DNA from: a virus | Strand: one strand, 5' to 3' | Virus record (IMG/VR): IMGVR_UViG_3300046168_000050 | Length of the DNA stretch: 64,000 nt | Shown: positions 18,287 to 28,045 of the stretch, in pieces | Layout of the letters: every line of letters begins with the position of its first letter | Numbering within the stretch: the first letter of the stretch is position 1 | Notes under the pieces: generated by a model | Database searches by the model: none | What the model saw: only the letters and a program-made list of their open reading frames with translations | What the model was told of the DNA's origin: nothing | Position numbers and translations under genes: made by a program

Positions 18287-18885
18287 GGTTTTGAAGCTTC
18301 TACTACTGCAGAATGAAATGCTCTAACTGTACCAGGCGTGTCGATATTATTAAATGGAGCTAATCCACTTTTTTGATATAGACATTCCTTAACGTTAATG
18401 TATCCTAGTTCTTTTAAAGATTCAATAAGTTCGGTCTTACGCCAAATGTGTTTATGTTCACCATTTTGCCACATAATACCTTCTGCGCACTGATCTTGTA
18501 TGCGCATGCTCCGTGTATTTTTAGGTGCAAAGTTATGTTTGACAACATAGAAGTTATAATAGTGTTGAACCCAAGAATGATTTTCTAAACTATTTTCTTG
18601 TCTTAGCCATTCTACAAATTCCATAGGTGGCCAGATAGATCTAATAATTCCACCTGGTTTCATTATACGAAACATTTCTTTGAAGTAATTTATGCCTTCT
18701 TCTTTTGTGAGATGTTCAATAAAGTGTTCGCTATAAACGCCATTATACGTATTATCTGAAATACCTCTCATAGGCAGATCTGTTAGATCATATTTTTCTA
18801 CACCATTAGCAGGATCTGCAACGTCTCTAACTGCATCCCAATTTAAATCACGTTTACGACTAGCAGCAATTTCTAAAAATCTCAT
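18280..18885 (-). CDS. SAM-dependent methyltransferase (Methyltransf_11-like)
   Basis: YSEHFIEHL...EMFRIMKPGGIIR. Confidence 0.8.
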   Translation of the reverse strand: MRFLEIAASRKRDLNWDAVRDVADPANGVEKYDLTDLPMRGISDNTYNGVYSEHFIEHLTKEEGINYFKEMFRIMKPGGIIRSIWPPMEFVEWLRQENSLENHSWVQHYYNFYVVKHNFAPKNTRSMRIQDQCAEGIMWQNGEHKHIWRKTELIESLKELGYINVKECLYQKSGLAPFNNIDTPGTVRAFHSAVVEASKPW

Positions 18886-18886
18886 A

Positions 18887-19681
18887 CTATATCCCTACTA
18901 ATTTTGCTAGTTCTTCAATGTTCTCGCCTTCCATAGGCAGAACAGTTTTATGAAAGAAGTGAATAAAGTGCGCTTCATGGAGTTTATCGTTAGGAACAGC
19001 ATTATACAGTCCGTTCCATTTCCAATCTAAATTCTTAGTACGCATTTTTTCTTCTTTAATCCATGTATTAAGAAGAGTCTGGTCTGTTGACCATTTCCAT
19101 GCGCCGATTCCATCGATGAACGGCTTAAATCGTGGTCGTCTTAAAAACTGTGCAGGTGTTTCTCCGTTTAGATATTTACCCATAGATTTATTCATGAGCA
19201 TCATTCCCATATTGTAGAATTCAGCACCTTTGTTATTCCATTTCCAATCTACGTTTTTAATATTACCATACTGCATACGAGAATAATTAGTTATTTTAGA
19301 AACATAACGATCATTAAGAGGCATTTCTCTTTCAACAACGCCGGCAAAATCATAGTCATTATTAATTTCATTAAAAATATCAGGCGCTGAATCCCTAATA
19401 AAAATATCGCCATCAATTAATGCTATTTTGTCATACGATTTAAAATATGCAAATGCGTTTTCTTTCTCATAAATGGGAAGAAAGCCGCCATATTTCATAT
19501 ATGATTCATTTGATCTATTTGTTTGAAAAACATCTGGCTTAATCATGAGTATAGGTTGCCGCTGCACAATATAATCAGCGCCAATTCTATCAGCATATTT
19601 TTTTACTGAAGCAGTACAAAAATCATATAATTTTTTACGTTTGCCGGTATACACCTGGTAAATTAGTTTTTTCATTTTCAT
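18887..19681 (-). CDS. GT-A glycosyltransferase (GT8/GT34-like)
   Basis: IDGD, FYNMGMM, TDQTLLN, WN, HFF. Confidence 0.8.
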   Translation of the reverse strand: MKMKKLIYQVYTGKRKKLYDFCTASVKKYADRIGADYIVQRQPILMIKPDVFQTNRSNESYMKYGGFLPIYEKENAFAYFKSYDKIALIDGDIFIRDSAPDIFNEINNDYDFAGVVEREMPLNDRYVSKITNYSRMQYGNIKNVDWKWNNKGAEFYNMGMMLMNKSMGKYLNGETPAQFLRRPRFKPFIDGIGAWKWSTDQTLLNTWIKEEKMRTKNLDWKWNGLYNAVPNDKLHEAHFIHFFHKTVLPMEGENIEELAKLVGI

Positions 19682-19892
19682 AACTCTCTAAAATCTTTTT
19701 AGCTAGATCCATAGCTTCATCAAATCGTTTTCTAAATCGATTCTTTTTAGCACTATGATTCACAAAATAATATAAACTATCTATATCACCAGTATATGTG
19801 GGTAAATCATAGGTCTTCCTAAAACCTACTATTTCTTCATACTGGTATCGATCGGAAAGAAGTTCAGCCAACGATATATTCATACAGATCAC
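19635..19892 (-). CDS. hypothetical protein
   Basis: Coupled ORF. Confidence 0.55.
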   Translation of the reverse strand: MICMNISLAELLSDRYQYEEIVGFRKTYDLPTYTGDIDSLYYFVNHSAKKNRFRKRFDEAMDLAKKILESYENEKTNLPGVYRQT

Positions 19893-20451
19893 TCCAGCTA
19901 GCCATTAAAGGGAATTTACTATTTGTCATATTATGACCGTGTTCAATCAAAACACTTTCTAAACCAAGCGTATCGCCGAGTTCAGCGTTTTCAACTTTGT
20001 CTTCTATCCACAAAAGACCAGAAGCTCTGTAAGGTTCTAGAACCTCGTCTTTATCAGCTCCAGTATCACAGAAGATAAACTTTTCGAATGCAGTTTCACC
20101 GAATAGCTTTTTAGTATTTTGAATACGAAGAGCTTGAGCGTTATGATCAAGCGATAGAGAAGTAATCATATGAAAGACATAACCATGCTTACGATGTAGC
20201 AGGTCAACATAATGCATAGCATCACGTAATGGAGGAAGAAATCCAATAGCAGCTGATTCATTAAAAAACTTAACTAGTCTTTTCTTTTCAGCATTAGTTA
20301 GTCCGTAACGATCACCCATATCATAATGGCCTGGACCGCTTGCAGTCATTTCATAGCCATGAGCTTGCATCCACGTATTAAATGCATATTCCCAATTCAT
20401 CAGTACTCCGTCACAATCTGTGAGGATTACTTTATTCAAATTATCAATCAT
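19864..20451 (-). CDS. HAD-family 5'-nucleotidase-like (T4 30.2-like)
   Basis: DCDGVL motif I; IEDK..N. Confidence 0.85.
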   Translation of the reverse strand: MIDNLNKVILTDCDGVLMNWEYAFNTWMQAHGYEMTASGPGHYDMGDRYGLTNAEKKRLVKFFNESAAIGFLPPLRDAMHYVDLLHRKHGYVFHMITSLSLDHNAQALRIQNTKKLFGETAFEKFIFCDTGADKDEVLEPYRASGLLWIEDKVENAELGDTLGLESVLIEHGHNMTNSKFPLMASWSDLYEYIVG

Positions 20452-20475
20452 ATATTTCTCCTTAATTATAGTATT

Positions 20476-20535
20476 ATTCTACACTATAATTAAGGAAATG
20501 TACATCTTTTTGTTTGCAATAAAAACAATAACTTA
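20476..20535 (-). promoter_or_regulatory. early promoter with upstream IHF-like box
   Basis: TGTACA (20499-20504), 17 nt, TAGAAT; AAACAATAACTTA at 20523-20535. Confidence 0.7.
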
Positions 20536-20715
20536 GCCATTTAATTGTTGAGGCTCGTCATCAATATAATCGTCTTCATATAAAACTTCGCGCAATAGTA
20601 CTTGCGAATCGTCCATTTGATCAGTTTCACGGATTCTGTTATCTTTATTAAGCGAATGCTTTTTATTACGATCTTTCTTTTTATTGCGAGGATCGTATCT
20701 CCCAAATTTAGCCAT
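20533..20715 (-). CDS. small basic hypothetical protein
   Basis: MAKFGRYDPRNKKK; coupled to glutaredoxin. Confidence 0.6.
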   Translation of the reverse strand: MAKFGRYDPRNKKKDRNKKHSLNKDNRIRETDQMDDSQVLLREVLYEDDYIDDEPQQLNG

Positions 20716-20990
20716 TAGAAACCTCCTTGGCCATATTCTCTACTGTTTTCAATTGCAGTGATTAAATCACTATAACCACCAATGTGTTTACCATTCCACC
20801 AAATTTGAGGAACAGTCTTAATAGCAACATTATCTTTTATTGCTAATTCTTGTAATTCTGCATAGGCATCCTGGCCAGAAAATCTATCGTCAAGGCTTTT
20901 GTAAATATACGCTAATTCATACTGAGTGCATACTTCTACGGCTCTGTCGCACCAGTTGCAAAATTCTTTTCCATATATTACTACGCTCAT
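20715..20990 (-). CDS. glutaredoxin
   Basis: CNWC, TVPQIW, HIGGY. Confidence 0.92.
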   Translation of the reverse strand: MSVVIYGKEFCNWCDRAVEVCTQYELAYIYKSLDDRFSGQDAYAELQELAIKDNVAIKTVPQIWWNGKHIGGYSDLITAIENSREYGQGGF

Positions 20991-21689
20991 TTAATATCCT
21001 AACATTTCTTTTGTCATTATATAGTCTCGCACAAAGTCACTTCTGACAATGTCTTCCCAGCCAAAGTTTACCATAGTAAAATTTTTGAGTTGTTCTACAA
21101 TATTTAAAAAACTCATGATGCCATCACGCTCATCTTGAAATTTAAAGTCCGATTGTTTATAATCACCACAAAATATAATCTTGCTATTTTTTCCAACTCT
21201 AGTTATGATAGAGTCTAATTCATGAAAAGTCAAGTTTTGCATTTCATCTACAAGCATAATACAATTATCAAACGTTGAGCCTCTAATAAACGAGGTTGAC
21301 ATAAATTCTATTTGTTTACCTGTAACCATTTTGTTATATGATGCCACATCACCAAAGAACTCATTTGCGATTGCTTTATATGGTAGTATGTATGATTGTT
21401 CTTTTTCCTCTTTAGACCCCGGTAGAAATCCCATGTCTCTGGTCGGCACCATAGATCTTATAATAAACAATTTATCGTATTCTGTTTCTTTATCTAACAC
21501 ATCTTCTAGAGCCAGATACATTCCAATAAAAGTTTTACCGGTACCGGCAGATCCAGATAATACTAAATTATCCCCTTCATCCCACGCCTGATATGCGATT
21601 TCTTGGTTCTTGGTTACCGGCTCAAATTGGAGAAGATCGTCCAAGCGAACCGTCATGGAATTATTTCCAGATTTGCTGCGAGCTCTCAT
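20991..21689 (-). CDS. phoH: PhoH-like ATPase
   Basis: GSAGTGKT, GFLPG, FIRG.TF, DEMQN, GD..QSD, DIVRS. Confidence 0.95.
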   Translation of the reverse strand: MRARSKSGNNSMTVRLDDLLQFEPVTKNQEIAYQAWDEGDNLVLSGSAGTGKTFIGMYLALEDVLDKETEYDKLFIIRSMVPTRDMGFLPGSKEEKEQSYILPYKAIANEFFGDVASYNKMVTGKQIEFMSTSFIRGSTFDNCIMLVDEMQNLTFHELDSIITRVGKNSKIIFCGDYKQSDFKFQDERDGIMSFLNIVEQLKNFTMVNFGWEDIVRSDFVRDYIMTKEMLGY

Positions 21690-21919
21690 TATACGTTAAT
21701 AGTATTACTTTTTGCAGACCCGGCTTTAACCCTCCTAAGAGTATCTTTCCAGCCGTCGTCCGTTTTACTCAACGTACTTCCTGACTGTGATACAATTCTT
21801 GGAGTAATAAGTTTTTGTTTGTATTTACCGTCTTTAAGAAATTCATCTCTTTCAGACAGGCTCATAACAGAAGTAGTTTCTTCTTCTGTTTCTACATTAA
21901 TAAAGGTATATGTTGGCAT
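21689..21919 (-). CDS. FmdB-like small protein
   Basis: MPTYTF N-terminus; D.GWKD.L.RVK. Confidence 0.65.
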   Translation of the reverse strand: MPTYTFINVETEEETTSVMSLSERDEFLKDGKYKQKLITPRIVSQSGSTLSKTDDGWKDTLRRVKAGSAKSNTINV

Positions 21920-21928
21920 GGTATATTT

Positions 21929-21948
21929 GGGGGGGACACAGTCCCCCC
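21929..21948. terminator. GC hairpin
   Basis: GGGGGGAC-ACA-GTCCCCCC. Confidence 0.55.
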
Positions 21949-21956
21949 GATCCTTT

Positions 21957-22109
21957 CTACGAAGCTGCTTGTAATCTTGATTCTAAAAATTGTTGTTTAC
22001 GTTTGAGTTTTGATACGAGGTCTATATTACCCTTCTTTTTAACTTTATTAATATAATTTGTCAGTTCTGCCAAATCGTTACGAAGTCTATCAAATTGGAT
22101 TTTACTCAA
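21957..22109 (-). CDS. small coiled-coil protein (TTG start, not in ORF track)
   Basis: AAGGAGA RBS; MSKIQFDRLRNDLAEL...QAAS*. Confidence 0.55.
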   Translation of the reverse strand: MSKIQFDRLRNDLAELTNYINKVKKKGNIDLVSKLKRKQQFLESRLQAAS

Positions 22110-22126
22110 ATCGTTCTCCTTATATT

Positions 22127-22561
22127 TTATTTACTCACAATCAAATCAGGAAATGCCGCCTCCACTGTTTTCTTGGTGACACCCTTAATGCTTGTCTTGT
22201 TAATCATTCCAAGCATTAACTCTGCATCTTTTGGATGCACGGTTTCTATAATATCTAAAAAGATTTTTTCTCGTTTAACTGCAGGTAATTGATCTCCTTG
22301 AAGACCTTTTACAAAGTACATAAACTTTTTATTGTGCTGGGTTAAACTGGTTGGATGTGTTTCTTCATCTGCAGGATCATAAGGAGGTTTTCCTTTTGGT
22401 AAATTCCATTGTATGACGTCATCATAGGTACCTCTTAAAATATCTCTAAGAGCCCAGTTGTTTTTATGCTGCTTGAGAATTTGTACCTTCTCATTTTGTT
22501 TTTTGGCTGCAGCAGTCTTTTCAATGATTTCATACACCATTAACGTAACTTGGTTTACCAT
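22127..22561 (-). CDS. T4-like hypothetical protein
   Basis: W.LP.G.PPY, KRE.IF...E.VHP.DAEL, V..AFP motifs. Confidence 0.75.
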   Translation of the reverse strand: MVNQVTLMVYEIIEKTAAAKKQNEKVQILKQHKNNWALRDILRGTYDDVIQWNLPKGKPPYDPADEETHPTSLTQHNKKFMYFVKGLQGDQLPAVKREKIFLDIIETVHPKDAELMLGMINKTSIKGVTKKTVEAAFPDLIVSK

Positions 22562-22562
22562 A

Positions 22563-23405
22563 TTAAATAAAATCCTTTACATCTTCTAATAATCTACGAC
22601 AGCGTTTGTCGACAAGATATGGAAATACTTTTCCTTTATTGCCTGCTTTATTTTGGCCGTCATAACTATATATAATTTTTTCTCTTAGAGCTGCCGGAGT
22701 TGACTCAAGATCTATAAGTTTTCTATTACGTTGTATATTACGTAACACTGTTTCTCCCTGCGATGAGGGGTCATGCATTAACGCTTCAATAATAGGCTTA
22801 CGTAATGGAGTCTGCCGTCCGCCATTCACAAAAACATTATCATCGCTTAGAACATTAGGTACTCCATCAGCGGTATCGCCTTTTAGTACAAGTTCTAATA
22901 GCTGCTTTCGTGGATGATCTTCTTTAATAAACTTTTTAGTCATAGGAGAAAACTGAGAAACATTTTTGTATTTCTGAAGCTGTGCAAAATCTTTGTCCGC
23001 AGAAATAATTATTACTGGCTCATGCTGGCCAAATTCTTGTGTTTGTTCTACAAGAACACCGATGACATCGTCTGCTTCACAGCCATCAATTTTAATAGTC
23101 TTATAAGGAAAGTGTTCGCCTAGTTCTTCCCATACTAAATTAATAATACGGAATGCTTCTTTCCAATCCATCTTAGACTCCTTGCGAGTCTTTTTACGAG
23201 CAGCCTTATATTGAGGAAATTCATTATAACGCCAGTTGTTACCAGCATCACCTGCCATAACGACCTCACCAAACTTATCTCTAAACCTAGAACGGTACAT
23301 ACGAATAGAATTAAGAATCATATGTCTGATCATATCCTCTTGTATGTCAAGTCTTTGTGTCACGATATTGCTAACTGCGATTGCCGAATAGTCAATAATA
23401 ATCAT
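22563..23405 (-). CDS. rnh: T4-type RNase H (5'-3' exonuclease)
   Basis: WR...FP.YKA.R, EADDVIG, SADKDFAQL, GD..DGVPN. Confidence 0.95.
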   Translation of the reverse strand: MIIIDYSAIAVSNIVTQRLDIQEDMIRHMILNSIRMYRSRFRDKFGEVVMAGDAGNNWRYNEFPQYKAARKKTRKESKMDWKEAFRIINLVWEELGEHFPYKTIKIDGCEADDVIGVLVEQTQEFGQHEPVIIISADKDFAQLQKYKNVSQFSPMTKKFIKEDHPRKQLLELVLKGDTADGVPNVLSDDNVFVNGGRQTPLRKPIIEALMHDPSSQGETVLRNIQRNRKLIDLESTPAALREKIIYSYDGQNKAGNKGKVFPYLVDKRCRRLLEDVKDFI

Positions 23406-23427
23406 AATAATCTCCTAATTGTTAGGT

Positions 23428-23859
23428 TTATTCTAACACACTTTCATCATCATGTACACCTAAAATATGCTTTCTATGTATTTTTCCGCCAATAAAGGCA
23501 TTATAATATTCTTCAGGCTTTAGCAGTACATCATACTCAAATTGAAATTTCATTTCATAATATGAGCATTGCCCTTTGGTTTTACATAATTTTAAGATTT
23601 CTCTATAGTAATTATCTTCACCCTTTTCTTCAACTAGCTGTTGCACTTCTTTACTAGATCCAAAATAAGTACGCCAGTCAGAATCCACTCTTGTTCTGAC
23701 CCGGCGCTTTCTTTTTGAGTTTTTTGGTAGGACCTTAGGCTTCCAGAAAAATTTCTTGCCAATGTATTTCATACCCGTATCTTTTTCGGTTATGCGATAT
23801 ACAAATCCTTGATATTCTTCTGGTGTCTCATCAAATTCATTTTTGTTATAATACCACAT
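23428..23859 (-). CDS. GIY-YIG endonuclease
   Basis: GFVY.IT...G.KYIGKK; Y.GSS; YN. Confidence 0.85.
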   Translation of the reverse strand: MWYYNKNEFDETPEEYQGFVYRITEKDTGMKYIGKKFFWKPKVLPKNSKRKRRVRTRVDSDWRTYFGSSKEVQQLVEEKGEDNYYREILKLCKTKGQCSYYEMKFQFEYDVLLKPEEYYNAFIGGKIHRKHILGVHDDESVLE

Positions 23860-23897
23860 AATAAACAGCTTCTTTATGATTAATAAAAAGCTATTTA

Positions 23898-24035
23898 TTA
23901 ATCGTCTTCAAGCGCCTCGAATTCCATAGGAGAACCACACATAGGGCAGTACTGGGGAGTTTCCTCACTATCGACTACCATTACTTGTGATTCAGTATCA
24001 CACGCTACACACTCTGTCCAGTATTCTTCTTCCAT
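23898..24035 (-). CDS. small zinc-ribbon protein (not in ORF track)
   Basis: MEEEYWTECVAC...YCPMCGS, two CxxC motifs. Confidence 0.7.
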   Translation of the reverse strand: MEEEYWTECVACDTESQVMVVDSEETPQYCPMCGSPMEFEALEDD

Positions 24036-25694
24036 TTATGCCTCGCACGATGCACAAGACATAATATCTCTTACGAGCTCTTGTGCTGGGTTTGCTGATC
24101 GTTGATAATAAAATGTTTTGACACCTAATCTCCAGCCTTCAATTAATAATGCATTCACATCCTTTGTAGATACTTCTGGATGAATCATAAGGTTAAGAGA
24201 CTGTGCCTGATCTATATATTTCTGTCTTGAAGCCGCTTGTTGCACAATAGACAGCGGAGTTATTTCACTGAACGTTTTAAATACTGATTTTTCTTCATCA
24301 GACAAAAAGTCTAAATGCTGCACTGAGCCACCACGAATAAGAATAGTCTCCCATGTTTCAAAGTCATCTTTGCCTTTATCAGCTAATAGCTGCTTTAAGA
24401 ATGGATTTTTATACGTAAACTTACCTTTGGCTAAATCCTTTGTAAAGTAGTTAGAGGCAAGAGGTTCAATTGATGGAGACACTTGACCGAGAATAAATGA
24501 CGATGATGTAGTCGGAGCAACAGCAGAACGAGTAAGATTACGCTCTCCATATCCTAACATTCCGACTGGTTCACCATATTCTTCTGCCAGTTCTTTTGTA
24601 GCAGCAAGTGACTTATCATCAATAAATTTAGCAAGCTTAATTGTTTCCATCTGAGCCTGTAGACCCTCGAACGGAATCATTTTAGATTGTAGATATGAAT
24701 GCCAACCAAGAATACCAAGACCAAGAGCTCTCCACGTCTTAGCAAAATTATGTGATGATTCCATAAATTGGATTCCAGATGTTTTGTCAATGTACTCTTC
24801 CATGACAGCATCTAAGAAATAAATCATAGTTTCTACTGCATCAGTATGCTGCCATTCATCAAATGTTAGTGCATTCATCGATGCAAGATTGCACACAAAT
24901 GATTCGTCTGATGATGACGGAAGGGCGATTTCAGAACACAGATTTGATGCCCAGATGCGTTTACCAGTCTCGCGCAGAGCGCGTGGTGCATTGTTATTTA
25001 CAGTATCGCTAAAAAAGATATACGGGTAACCAGACTCGCGCCTCTTGCGCAAAACCCTGGCCCATACTTCTCTTTTTGCTGTATCACCTTCAATCATTTC
25101 CGACATAAATTTATCTGAGACACAGACGCCCAATGATAAATTATGAATAGAAGATCCTTCTTCACGGCATTCTAAGAATTCCATAACATCAGGTGATTCA
25201 ATATCCAAGTAGACCGCCATTGATCCGCGACGTACGTTGCCCTGTGATATGATATCAACGGTTGTTTCAAACATATTGGCATAGTGCACAGGGCCGTCAG
25301 CAGATCCGCCTGATTTAATTTCGGTTCCACGTGGGCGTATGGATCCAAGATAAGCAGATGTACCAGCGCCCATCTTAGTTTGCATTCCTACTTCACCAAC
25401 TTTAGTGAGAATAGAATTAATTGAGTCTTCAATATAAACTCCATTACAAGAAATTGGCAAACCTTTTTTTGTACCAAAGTTTGACCAAACAGGTGAAGAC
25501 AATGAATAATATCCTCGACTCATATAGCCATAAAACTTATCAGAGAACCCTTCAATGTCAAGAATATTTTCTGCAGATTTTGCAATCTCACGTACTCTTT
25601 CTTCAAGAGTCATATTGCCATCAATATATCCGCGGCTTAAAAATAAGCGCGAGTCTTCATTTGCCCACCACCAGTTCTGTGTTGTATCAATCAT
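24036..25694 (-). CDS. nrdA: class I ribonucleotide reductase alpha subunit (short, no ATP cone)
   Basis: LPISC, QGNVRRG, SNLCSEI, APTTSSS, C-terminal CASCE. Confidence 0.95.
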   Translation of the reverse strand: MIDTTQNWWWANEDSRLFLSRGYIDGNMTLEERVREIAKSAENILDIEGFSDKFYGYMSRGYYSLSSPVWSNFGTKKGLPISCNGVYIEDSINSILTKVGEVGMQTKMGAGTSAYLGSIRPRGTEIKSGGSADGPVHYANMFETTVDIISQGNVRRGSMAVYLDIESPDVMEFLECREEGSSIHNLSLGVCVSDKFMSEMIEGDTAKREVWARVLRKRRESGYPYIFFSDTVNNNAPRALRETGKRIWASNLCSEIALPSSSDESFVCNLASMNALTFDEWQHTDAVETMIYFLDAVMEEYIDKTSGIQFMESSHNFAKTWRALGLGILGWHSYLQSKMIPFEGLQAQMETIKLAKFIDDKSLAATKELAEEYGEPVGMLGYGERNLTRSAVAPTTSSSFILGQVSPSIEPLASNYFTKDLAKGKFTYKNPFLKQLLADKGKDDFETWETILIRGGSVQHLDFLSDEEKSVFKTFSEITPLSIVQQAASRQKYIDQAQSLNLMIHPEVSTKDVNALLIEGWRLGVKTFYYQRSANPAQELVRDIMSCASCEA

Positions 25695-25705
25695 TCTTTA
25701 TCCTC

Positions 25706-26678
25706 CTAAAACAAATCGTCAGCTGTAATACCTTTTCCTTTTGCGTATTCAACTGGCCGCTTTTGGAAGAAGTCTGTCATGTTAGCACCAAGTAGTTCTT
25801 CATCAAACCAATAAGTCTGATCGATGTGGTGCTGGTTATAGTAGATCTCGCTTGAATCAAATCCTATTTGATCAAGTGAGTCTTTCATGCGTTTCGCGAT
25901 AAACGATTTAAGGATATTAGCGTCCAATCCTTCAACGGAATATTCGCCCATGATCCAATCAATCACGGCGCTTTCAGCTTTTAATGAGTCTACACATTCT
26001 TCACGAATACGAGATTCCATTTCATCGTCAAATAAATCTGGATATTCTTCACGCATTGTGTTAATAAGCTTGATGCCAACTTGTGCATGCAGCATTTCTT
26101 CGTTGCGTGTATACTGCACTTGCTGAGCACAATCTTTAAGTACAGCTTTATTACGGTTAAAATGCATAATAATATAGAACTGGCTGAATAAGCTTACATT
26201 CTCTACGAAGAGCGTGAACAAGATAATAGAATAAATGTACTGTTTCTTTTCATCTTTATATTCACGCTTTAAATATTTACGTAGATAGTCCACACGGCCT
26301 TTGATTACCTTCTCTTCAAGGTTCTTTTCAAAGACGTCAGTCAAATGTAAAATATCCAGTAGTTTTTCGTATGCCAAATTATGAATGACTTCTGAATTAG
26401 CCATAGCATATCCAAGATCACGAATAGATGGGGTGTGGCATCTTGTCGCCAATGTTTGCCCAGAACGTTTTCACTGCAACCTCAATTTGGCCAATAGCCG
26501 AAAGTGCACGGACAACTACTTCTTGTTCCTCTTCTGTTAAATCGCTTTTAAACTGCGAATAGTCTGATCTAAAATTAAATTCATCAGGCGTCCAGAAGCC
26601 TTGCCAAATGGCGTCGACAAACTGTTTTGTCCATGGGTATAAATCGGGTTTACGTGAGATTTGTTCTTCGAATAGCAT
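25706..26678 (-). CDS. nrdB: ribonucleotide reductase beta subunit, split by a 1-nt frameshift near 26430
   Basis: Two ORFs join as ...ANIGDKMPHP/SIRDLG...EVIH..AY...EN.SLFSQF...E.LH...DFF.KRP.EY. There is one extra C in CACCCCATCT. Confidence 0.93.
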
Positions 26679-26842
26679 GCATTACTCCATATGCGTATAA
26701 AAGGCATAGCTCTAAATCGGATTATTTAGAGACTAGATTTTAGGTTGTTGTGATTGTTTAGTTGGTGCTATTATATATCAAATACACGAAATTGAAAACA
26801 GTTAAATGCGCTGTTTTAAAAATAATATTTTGTTTTTAGGGG

Positions 26843-26871
26843 TTTACAAATATTAAATATCGATGTATAAT
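26843..26871 (+). promoter_or_regulatory. sigma70/T4-early-type promoter pointing antisense into the spanin genes
   Basis: (G)TTTACA, 17 nt, TATAAT. Confidence 0.55.
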
Positions 26872-26879
26872 AAGAAGAG

Positions 26880-27230
26880 CTATTCTGAGGGAGGTGATAC
26901 ATCTGTAGGAGTTAAAGCTTCTTCATAATATCCTATGATAGCCTGTGTATCTTTTATGTACCTACGCATCTCAGCAATACCTAACGCTAGATTTTCATAT
27001 CCTTTTGGAGTAATTGCAAAGAATACTACGTTACCAGTTTTAGCTTCGAGTTCTGCAATCTTTTCATCTAGATTTTCTTCAGTTACTACATACCAATCGA
27101 CAGGAGGAAATTGTACTGCCTTAGGTCTCTCTTGAAGAGGAACATTTTGTTTAGCGTATTCGGTTGAAACAACTACTTCTGTTTCGGGCGCTCTATTGCC
27201 CAGACACGCTGTCAGTAGAAGCAGGCTCAT
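26880..27230 (-). CDS. o-spanin (outer membrane lipoprotein)
   Basis: Lipobox LLLTAC; overlaps the 3' end of the i-spanin. Confidence 0.8.
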   Translation of the reverse strand: MSLLLLTACLGNRAPETEVVVSTEYAKQNVPLQERPKAVQFPPVDWYVVTEENLDEKIAELEAKTGNVVFFAITPKGYENLALGIAEMRRYIKDTQAIIGYYEEALTPTDVSPPSE

Positions 27231-27612
27231 CACTGGGAGGAGTAGTTTCGGCTTCAATTTTTTGGAGTAATTTGCCAACGGCGTTGTCAACCCTATCTTC
27301 AAGTCCTTGTGCATTTGTTAATGCCTCCATAGTCAAATCTATCTTAGCAAATACACCTCTAAGCTTGTCAAGGTGTTGCTGTGATTGTTGCAATCTTTTT
27401 GTTAAATCTTTATTCAGCTGTTCATTCTTTTTTTGATCAGCTTGAATCTGTTCAATAGTAGCCTGTAAAGTTTCGGCTGTAGTTTTAAGCTTTACGTTAT
27501 TTTCTCTAAGAGTATTTATAGTAGCTTCAGACCAGATATAATACTGGTATCCGCCATACCCCACTCCACTGAGTAAGCTTACTACGATTAATATTAAATA
27601 TAATTTAGCCAT
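27193..27612 (-). CDS. i-spanin
   Basis: N-terminal TM plus long periplasmic coiled coil, with an overlapping lipoprotein gene. Confidence 0.8.
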   Translation of the reverse strand: MAKLYLILIVVSLLSGVGYGGYQYYIWSEATINTLRENNVKLKTTAETLQATIEQIQADQKKNEQLNKDLTKRLQQSQQHLDKLRGVFAKIDLTMEALTNAQGLEDRVDNAVGKLLQKIEAETTPPSDEPASTDSVSGQ

Positions 27613-28045
27613 TATCTTCCATATGCCTTCTAAATCTTTTTAGCAAAACAGGCAGTTTATTTTTTTTACGTCTACGGTCTGTTACATGTATTTCTTTAGC
27701 TCTTGGGCCCATGTTAGCAGTATCTTGAGGAATTCCGGCGTCAGCAGTAGTAGTCACTTCTTCTAGTGATTCAAACTGAAATGTTTTAGAATAATCTGCC
27801 ACTTTCTTACCTCTCTTATCATATTGACCAGCATCCATGGCCTGTTGTTTAGCATAAGCTTTAGGGCTGTAAGTATCACCCCATTCCCAATCTTTATATC
27901 GTGGATCCCATTCTAAAACTTTCCACTCACTGTTTTTGTGCCGCTCGTATTCATCTAGCTGCTTCTCAATCTTAAACCGTCGGCCAGTAGGAAACTTAAT
28001 TTCTAACTCGCCACTAGGGCCAGCTTTTTTCCATCTAGGTATCAT
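27605..28045 (-). CDS. hypothetical virion-associated protein
   Basis: In the late cluster; internal SLEE putative protease site. Confidence 0.6.
   Translation of the reverse strand: MIPRWKKAGPSGELEIKFPTGRRFKIEKQLDEYERHKNSEWKVLEWDPRYKDWEWGDTYSPKAYAKQQAMDAGQYDKRGKKVADYSKTFQFESLEEVTTTADAGIPQDTANMGPRAKEIHVTDRRRKKNKLPVLLKRFRRHMEDNG

Noticed and set aside
23428-23859. GIY-YIG gene as a mobile homing endonuclease
   Set aside because: Short catalytic-domain-only protein with no DNA-binding repeats or intron context; more like a resident phage nuclease.
26729-26748. Possible NrdR box upstream of nrdB
   Set aside because: Only about 11/16 match to the consensus by eye, and no convincing tandem second box.
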